Positions 26,552 through 32,000 of a stretch of 32,000 nt of DNA are shown one piece after another; the stretch's first letter is position 1; each line of letters starts with the position of its first letter. The stretch is from Planctomycetota bacterium (GTDB lineage: Bacteria; Planctomycetota; Phycisphaerae; Sedimentisphaerales; Anaerobacaceae). The stretch lies in contig VRUK01000040.1 of the NCBI GenBank assembly GCA_019456195.1, positions 1,835 through 33,834 on the forward strand, read 5' to 3'. A program made the translations under genes and the position numbers. Below the pieces are notes generated by a model. The model was not told the origin of the DNA and searched no databases. It saw nothing but the letters and a program-made list of their open reading frames with translations.

Positions 26552-27475
26552 ATGGGAATTTTTACCAAAACGGCAGGATATTTCAAAGATCGATTAGGCA
26601 AAACGCGTAACAAAATCAGCAGTTCATTTTCCTCGGTACTGTCTCTGGGAAGAAATATCGACGAAAGTCTGCTCGACGAACTGGAAGAAACGCTTATAAG
26701 CGACGATATCGGGGTCGAAACGACGGATAAGCTCGTATCAGAGCTGCGTGAAGCCTATCGTAACAGGCAAATCGCAAAAACCGACGATATTATACCGTTT
26801 CTCAAAGAGCATATTAAAAGCTATTGGCCGGACCGCGACAGACAACTTCATCTGGCCCCGTCCGGCCCGACTGTTATCCTTGTCGCCGGTGTCAACGGCA
26901 CAGGCAAAACCACAAGTATTGCCAAGCTTTCATATATATTGAGTCGGAACAACAAAAAGGTCATAGTTGCTGCTTGCGACACATTCCGTGCCGCCGCCGT
27001 CGAACAACTGACAATATGGGCTGAACGTATCGGTGTGCAGATTGTAAAGCACCAGGCGGCTTCCGACCCGGCGGCGGTAGCCTTCGATGCCTGCGAGGCC
27101 GCTCTGGCAAGAGATACAGATGTTCTTATTCTCGACACAGCCGGGCGATTACACACAAAAAAAGACCTGATGAAGCAACTGACCAAAATTCGTGATGTGG
27201 TTGCCCGTAAAATACCCGACGCACCGAATGAAGTACTGCTGGTTCTCGATGCGACTACAGGGCAAAATGCAATCATTCAGGCAAAATTATTCACAGAAGC
27301 GATTAACGTTACTGGGATATTCTTAGCTAAACTTGACGGCACTGCAAGAGGTGGAATCGTTATCGCTATAAAAGACCAACTCGATATACCCGTAAAATTC
27401 ATCGGCCTGGGTGAAAAACCGGAAGATATTGCAGAGTTCGACCCCAATACGTTCGTAGAAGCATTATTTGACTAA
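26552..27475 (+). CDS. ftsY: Signal recognition particle receptor FtsY (short form, NG domain)
   Basis: The start MGIFTKTAGYFKDRLGKTRNKISSSF is typical of FtsY N-termini. The GTPase motifs are GVNGTGKTTSIAKL, DTAGR and AKLDGTARGG. The track's upstream 121 codons are AT-rich, unconserved-looking intergenic read-through. Confidence 0.93.
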   Translation: MGIFTKTAGYFKDRLGKTRNKISSSFSSVLSLGRNIDESLLDELEETLISDDIGVETTDKLVSELREAYRNRQIAKTDDIIPFLKEHIKSYWPDRDRQLHLAPSGPTVILVAGVNGTGKTTSIAKLSYILSRNNKKVIVAACDTFRAAAVEQLTIWAERIGVQIVKHQAASDPAAVAFDACEAALARDTDVLILDTAGRLHTKKDLMKQLTKIRDVVARKIPDAPNEVLLVLDATTGQNAIIQAKLFTEAINVTGIFLAKLDGTARGGIVIAIKDQLDIPVKFIGLGEKPEDIAEFDPNTFVEALFD

Positions 27476-27524
27476 GCCGACAAGTTTCTTTCAGGCTGCT
27501 TTACATAAAAGAAAGGGTTCGACC

Positions 27525-28475
27525 ATGTCTAATATTATGTCCGCTATAAAAGTTCTCGTCCTCTTAGTGTTTCTAATGGGCATAAACGCATCGGCACAAA
27601 AGGTATCGCCAAAACCAAAGCGGGTTCCGCGTATGCAGGTAATACCAATGCCCTACAATCAGGCTTCATTTCAGCGTAACGGCGTAGAATTTGCCCGATA
27701 CCACTTCGGCCCCGGCCTTCATCGGCCTTTTTTGTTTCCCGTAATCGGGCCCTCTGGCTATTCGCTCACACGCATGGGGCACCCGCATGACCCTGAATCG
27801 CACAGCCATCATAATTCCGTTTGGATTTCCCACCACGATGTCAATGGAACAAACTTCTGGAGCGACGGCGGCAATGGGAAAATTCGCCATAAACGCATAG
27901 TTAAAATCGAAGACTCTGGCAAGAGTTCATCCATAATTGCAGAAAACGAGTGGGTAACCGATGTAAACAAAACCCTGCTTTTAGAAACACGGAAGGAAAC
28001 GGTGCTTCTGCTCGAAAATTCCGAATGGCTTTTGATTATTGACATGGAATTCAAGGCAAAGGATAAAACTGTTACACTTGGAAAAACTCCCTTCGGAATG
28101 CTTGGAGTCCGAATGGCCAAAACTATCGGCGTCAATGACGGCGGCGGGAGGATTCGCAACTCAGAAAGAGCAGTCAACGAGAAAGAGGTGCTCTGGAAAC
28201 GAGCCAAATGGGTGGATTATTCCGGGGCCGTTACAAATGAAAAACTCGAAGGTATAACGCTCTTCGACCATCCGGACAATCCGAACTTTCCCACCTACTT
28301 CCACGTCAGAAACGATGGCTGGATGGGCGCTTCACTGACATTCGACGGACCAAAAAAGATTCAGCCCAATAAACCTTTGCATCTTCGCTATGGTTTATAT
28401 ATTCACAGCGATATGAAATCCATTGATGCTATCGAAGCCCAGTGGAAGCAGTTTGCGAAAATAGACTCCAAATAA
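27525..28475 (+). CDS. Secreted PmoA-family (DUF6807) protein
   Basis: The signal peptide is MSNIMSAIKVLVLLVFLMGINASA. GHPHDPESHSHHNSVWISHHDVNGTNFWSD resembles the HPHHRG-W--HGDVNG-DFW signature of Pfam PmoA-like proteins, which are common in PVC bacteria. I preferred the ATG at 27525 to the track's TTG at 27468. Confidence 0.7.
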   Translation: MSNIMSAIKVLVLLVFLMGINASAQKVSPKPKRVPRMQVIPMPYNQASFQRNGVEFARYHFGPGLHRPFLFPVIGPSGYSLTRMGHPHDPESHSHHNSVWISHHDVNGTNFWSDGGNGKIRHKRIVKIEDSGKSSSIIAENEWVTDVNKTLLLETRKETVLLLENSEWLLIIDMEFKAKDKTVTLGKTPFGMLGVRMAKTIGVNDGGGRIRNSERAVNEKEVLWKRAKWVDYSGAVTNEKLEGITLFDHPDNPNFPTYFHVRNDGWMGASLTFDGPKKIQPNKPLHLRYGLYIHSDMKSIDAIEAQWKQFAKIDSK

Positions 28476-28532
28476 TAAAATTCAATAACCGACTATGCCA
28501 TTTCTTAAAAATATTGAAACTGGTAAATATGC

Positions 28533-29744
28533 TTAAACTCTGGGATAACCGCCCAGAAATTCGGTCTTTGGCAGGTCGCCCACCAACGGCATCGCATATT
28601 CGACAAAGCCATCGGTTACGCCATTACCTTCGGCGTTCATAAATTCTTCCGGCATTAATTTTGTCTTTTCGGCTACGTTTTTAAGCTCGGTGCGGAATAA
28701 TTCGACTTTATAATCGGCGCCGGAAGCCAGGCGCTTGATTGCCACCGAGCCGTTATCTTCGTTCATGGCAAACTGTACCGCGTGACGGCCGCACCACCTG
28801 GCCTCAGCAACATCTACAGGAGACTGAATGCCCGGGAAGCTTCTTTGCAGGTAGCCGAAGGTATCGGCGCGAACGCGCTTGACGCCAAGATTGTCTTTTA
28901 TCTGCCCTGCTAAAAAGTCAGCTAAAGCACCCGTGCCGGATAGCTGTACATTTCCGTGAGCATCGGTTTCCGCCTGCTCTGCCAGCTTTTGGGCCCAGGT
29001 AACACCGTTGGTATCGCAGATTCCTTCGCTTACAGCTATGACACATCGATTGAGTTTTTTATAAACGGCATCAACATCGGCAAGGAACTTGTCCATCGAA
29101 ACAGGTCTTTCAGGTACATAGACCAGATGAGGGCCGTCATCATCCCTTTGCCTACCCAATACTGAAGCGGCAGTTAAGAAACCTGCGTGCCTGCCCATAA
29201 TCACATCGATTTTAACGCCCGGAAGCGCCCTGTTGTCCAGGTCATCTCCCATCAGGGCACAGGCCACGAACTTGGCCGCGGTCCCGAAGCCCGGACAGTG
29301 GTCGGTAACTAACAGGTCGTTGTCAACTGTTTTGGGGATGTGAAAAGAACGGATGTCGAAGTTTATCTCGTCGGCCATCGTATTTAGGATGTGAGCGGTG
29401 TTGGCCGAGTCGTTGCCGCCGATATAGAAAAAATACCTGATATTGCGCTTCTTAAAGACTTCAAGTATCTTTGCGCAATATTCTGTATCGGGTTTGTCCC
29501 TGCTGGTTGCTATAGCTGAAGAAGGTGAGGCCGCTACTACTTCAAGTGTTTCGGCTGAGAGTTTCTTCAAATCAATGAAATCGTCTTTGACCATACCTGC
29601 TACGGCGTGAACGGCACCGTAGAGATTCTGAATTTCCGGATGTTTTTGTGCCTCTTCAATAACTCCGACCAGCGAGGCGTTTATTACGCCTGTAGGTCCG
29701 CCTGATTGCCCTACTACCGCATTTGCTTTCGGTGCATCTGCCAT
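28533..29744 (-). CDS. pfp: 6-phosphofructokinase, probably pyrophosphate-dependent (PPi-PFK)
   Basis: VGQSGGPTGVINASL, FFYIGGNDS, IPKTVDNDL and MGRHAGFL are PFK-A family motifs. The length and the PKTVDND context resemble PPi-dependent enzymes. Phosphoryl-donor specificity cannot be proven from sequence alone. Confidence 0.85.
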   Translation of the reverse strand: MADAPKANAVVGQSGGPTGVINASLVGVIEEAQKHPEIQNLYGAVHAVAGMVKDDFIDLKKLSAETLEVVAASPSSAIATSRDKPDTEYCAKILEVFKKRNIRYFFYIGGNDSANTAHILNTMADEINFDIRSFHIPKTVDNDLLVTDHCPGFGTAAKFVACALMGDDLDNRALPGVKIDVIMGRHAGFLTAASVLGRQRDDDGPHLVYVPERPVSMDKFLADVDAVYKKLNRCVIAVSEGICDTNGVTWAQKLAEQAETDAHGNVQLSGTGALADFLAGQIKDNLGVKRVRADTFGYLQRSFPGIQSPVDVAEARWCGRHAVQFAMNEDNGSVAIKRLASGADYKVELFRTELKNVAEKTKLMPEEFMNAEGNGVTDGFVEYAMPLVGDLPKTEFLGGYPRV

Positions 29745-29977
29745 TTTTGTAAAATCTCCGTTAAAATTTAACTGAATTTCTCATTTTCGGGCAAATTATA
29801 CAAACTAAATACCAATAAACAAGGATAATCGGAAATTGGCACCCTTAGGGTGGTAAATTCCGCGAGTAGCATTATTAAAACAATCTTAAGGCTCCTTATC
29901 CACGCAAAAGCCCCCGACAGAAAAGCAAGTGAGCTAACATCGAGGGTAAACTCCAGCATTTTTTCCCTTTCATCAAA

Positions 29978-30050
29978 TTGGCTTTGATTGGGTTTGTTTT
30001 GGCTTAAATTGGGTTTGTTTTTGGCTTTATTGGCTTTGAATTGGGTTTGT
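29978..30050. repeat. Seven direct copies of TTGG(C/G)TT(T/A) spaced on average 10.5 bp apart (iteron-like ~21-bp dimer units), with an eighth copy at 30131
   Basis: The motif starts at 29978, 29988, 29999, 30009, 30021, 30030 and 30041, giving spacings of 10, 11, 10, 12, 9 and 11. The C and G variants largely alternate. Confidence 0.9.
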
Positions 30051-30168
30051 TTTTTCGCCTGAGCCAGTGGCTTGAAATTACGTAATTCATTGTTACAGTA
30101 GTGTTTATGTTCATTTTGTCATCTCTAAAATTGGGTTTGTTTGTTAAAATAGAGTGTATTTGGAAATA

Positions 30169-30177
30169 TGTTATAAT
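30169..30177 (+). promoter_or_regulatory. Extended -10 promoter-like element TGtTATAAT
   Basis: TG is at 30169-30170 and TATAAT at 30172-30177. This would start transcription at about 30184, the first base of the 9-bp tandem array. No good -35 element is present. Confidence 0.25.
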
Positions 30178-30183
30178 TGTAGA

Positions 30184-30220
30184 GTGCCTAAAGTGACTAA
30201 AGTGCCTAAAGTGAGCTAAA
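30184..30220. repeat. 9-bp tandem repeat GTG(C/A)CTAAA x4 (fourth unit 10 bp), with a degenerate fifth unit to ~30226
   Basis: GTGCCTAAA GTGACTAAA GTGCCTAAA GTGAGCTAAA GTTAAG, read directly from the sequence. Confidence 0.9.
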
Positions 30221-30406
30221 GTTAAGTATATCATATCTCAGGTCTCATATTTCATATTGTCGGCTTAGGCCCCCTGTTGTAGGCCAAGGAAGCAGCTCTC
30301 GGGGGTAAACTCAGGGAGTAAAAAACACTCCCTCTATAATTAGACGAGTGTGCACGTTTGAGCCGAAAAAAGTCTCGATTTTCGATGCTGGAATCTTGTA
30401 ACTCGT

Positions 30407-30415
30407 TGTGGATAA
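30407..30415 (-). promoter_or_regulatory. Perfect consensus DnaA box (TTATCCACA on the minus strand)
   Basis: TGTGGATAA at 30407-30415 is the only perfect 9-mer I found in the window. A one-mismatch box, TTATCCACG, lies at 29896-29904. Confidence 0.3.
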
Positions 30416-30669
30416 AGGAGATAAAAAATTTTGAAAATTTATATTTTTGTTTTTAACTGTGAGCGTTTTTGAACGAAAATTCCTCGAATTTTCATTAGTA
30501 TTGAGTATTGTGTGATGCGTATTGCGGATAGCAGAAAAAGAATACGGATTTCATGGATTTATGTTGGAAAACGGGGATTTTGGGTTGGTCCGTCCACGAA
30601 AGGCCGGATCTTCGATTTTTTAGCGTTTTTTGTCGAAAAATGCTCGTTTTTTAGAAAAATGGGGGATTT

Positions 30670-30759
30670 AGCATTTCTACCGGAGGTCCGCATGAACATC
30701 ATACAATCACGAAGGCACGGAGTGATAAAAAATTAGAGCGAACCGCAGGTAGAAATGCT
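30670..30759. repeat. Perfect 12-bp inverted repeat AGCATTTCTACC / GGTAGAAATGCT flanking a 66-bp spacer
   Basis: The arms are at 30670-30681 and 30748-30759, read directly from the sequence. The spacer carries GGAGG followed by an ATG-led 14-codon mini-ORF. Confidence 0.85.
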
Positions 30760-30979
30760 GTTAGGCCAAATTTCTCGATTACGCTCCGAATGAGGGTAAA
30801 AACATCATTTTTCCCTTGTAAGTTCCCAATCAATAATGTAATTATTCTTTAGATTAAGCGAACGAGCGAGACATCTTGGATTTGTAATTAAAAATTAGTC
30901 TGGCTTTAATGCAAATGCGCGTGTTATATGAGAACCATAGAATTATTGTTAGGCACGAAAGAAAGGGGATTAAATATAC

Positions 30980-31939
30980 ATGGCAATTCCGAGAATATTC
31001 ATTGCTTCAACATGCTATGATTTGAAGTATGTCCGTGAAAATCTGAAATATTTTATTAAAACTTTGGGATATGAACCTATTCTTAGCGAAGAAGGGGCTA
31101 TCTTCTATGACCCATCTAAGCACACGCATGAATCATGTCTTTCAGAAGTACCGAATTGCCAAATCTTTGTTCTTATTATTGGTGGTCGTTCTGGAGGGAA
31201 ATATAAAGGTTCAAAGAAGTCGATTACTAATATGGAATATGAAGAAGCGATAAGACATAAAATACCAATCTTCACACTTGTCGAAGAAACGGTATATGCG
31301 GAGCAGAATGTCTATCTCAAAAATAAATTAAATTCGGAAGTTGATGAACATAAAATCGTATATCCAGCTGTAGATAACACTAATATTTTTGACTTTATTG
31401 ATGAAGTGCGAAAAGCGTCTTTTAATAATGCACTTCATCCATTTCAAGATTATTCTGATATGGAAATATATCTTAAACAGCAATGGGCTGGTATGATGTT
31501 TTCTTTTCTAGCGAGAGAGAACGAAGAAAAGCGAGTTTCAGATACTTTAAAGATATTGACTGATATGAATACAAGGATCGAGATGATCTCTAAACACATT
31601 CTCGATTCGGTCGGAACTGATGCAGCTCAGCTTGATGTAGCGTTATATGAATTAATGTTGGATTCTTCATCTATTCGTGATCTTACTTATTGGAAAATAA
31701 AACCAACACCAATTTCAATATTTGTTAATCCATCATTTAGAACTTGTGCAAAATCATTTGGAATAAATTTAAAAATTGAAGAAGAAGAAGGGATAATGAT
31801 AGGAAGTGACGGAAAGATTTCAAGAGGGAAATTCAAAGAAGCTTCAAATAAATATAAGAAATTGCGATATAAAATGACAGAATTTCTAAAGTCTATAAAG
31901 ATTACTCCAGAGGAATATATCAAGAAAAGTAAAAAATGA
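30980..31939 (+). CDS. DUF4062 (TIR-like / nucleoside 2-deoxyribosyltransferase-like) domain protein with an uncharacterised helical C-terminal half
   Basis: The N-terminus, RIFIASTCYDLKYVRENLKYFIKTLGYEPILSE...CLSEVPNCQIFVLIIGGRSGG...SITNMEYEEAIRHKIPIFTLV, matches the DUF4062 pattern (vFiSSt--DL-eeR..., D-fi-iiG-rYG, SyTe-EY--A---g-Pvl-F). An AAGGGGA RBS is present. The gene is ~35% GC by eye, much lower than its neighbours. Confidence 0.75.
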   Translation: MAIPRIFIASTCYDLKYVRENLKYFIKTLGYEPILSEEGAIFYDPSKHTHESCLSEVPNCQIFVLIIGGRSGGKYKGSKKSITNMEYEEAIRHKIPIFTLVEETVYAEQNVYLKNKLNSEVDEHKIVYPAVDNTNIFDFIDEVRKASFNNALHPFQDYSDMEIYLKQQWAGMMFSFLARENEEKRVSDTLKILTDMNTRIEMISKHILDSVGTDAAQLDVALYELMLDSSSIRDLTYWKIKPTPISIFVNPSFRTCAKSFGINLKIEEEEGIMIGSDGKISRGKFKEASNKYKKLRYKMTEFLKSIKITPEEYIKKSKK

Positions 31940-32000
31940 CCTAACCACTTCCTACACTAAAACAGCAGGAGTACTTACCACAGCTAAGCATTTTTAGTTA

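Noticed and set aside
30184-30220. The tandem repeats as a CRISPR array
   Set aside because: The units are 9-10 bp with no spacers. No array of 24-40-bp repeats separated by unique spacers and no cas genes occur anywhere in the window.
30262-30313. An SRP (4.5S) RNA-like sequence: GGCCCCCUGUUGUAGGCCAAGGAAGCAGCUCUCGGGGG contains the domain IV 9-mer GGAAGCAGC and a CUGUUG 5' motif
   Set aside because: The sequence AGGCC-AA-GGAAGCAGC leaves no room for the conserved GNRA tetraloop and its 3-bp closing stem. The 5' and 3' arms do not form the long SRP helix. A 9-mer match is expected by chance at roughly 20% in 32 kb. A covariance-model scan is still worthwhile.
29768-30736. Three small track ORFs in the non-coding tract (29768-29959 minus, 30004-30234 minus, 30512-30736 plus)
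   Set aside because: The 30004-30234 product (FRHFSHFRH..., KPNSKPIKPKTNPI) is simply a translation of the 9-bp and TTGGGTTTG repeats. The other two lack an RBS and have implausible composition.

Overview
The window is 32 kb of bacterial chromosome, about 45-50% GC by eye. The last ~2.2 kb is visibly more AT-rich. Gene content suggests a PVC-superphylum, Planctomycetota (Phycisphaerae-like) anaerobe: multiple GroEL paralogues, large secreted LamG/lectin-like proteins, a PmoA-family DUF6807 protein and a PPi-type phosphofructokinase. This taxonomic call is inference only. From left to right the window holds: a 5'-truncated groEL; a GH29 alpha-L-fucosidase; a groES-groEL-dnaJ-grpE-zinc-ribbon operon with no dnaK; an isochorismatase-family gene; an ECF sigma / anti-sigma pair; three secreted lectin-like proteins, two of them a recent ~2.43 kb tandem duplication with duplicated terminators; a lipoprotein gene; ribBA; pgsA; an hgcA-hgcB mercury-methylation pair; a small Lys/Gly-tailed lipoprotein; an orphan GspF-like protein; pdxJ; dapA; a GT-B glycosyltransferase; dnaA; ftsY; the PmoA-family protein; the phosphofructokinase; a 1.2 kb repeat-laden non-coding tract; and an AT-rich DUF4062 (TIR-like) gene at the right edge. 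The best candidates for something undescribed are: (1) hgcAB bracketed by an ~86%-identical 42-bp promoter-like direct repeat; (2) the 29745-30979 non-coding tract, with helically phased TTGG(C/G)TTT iteron-like repeats, a 9-bp tandem array, a perfect DnaA box and several palindromes, which leads into the DUF4062 gene and a possible island that continues off-window; (3) the three lectin-like genes lying directly upstream (same strand) of the ECF sigma/anti-sigma pair. All homology calls rest on motif recognition by eye. No searches were run, and identities and GC values are estimates.
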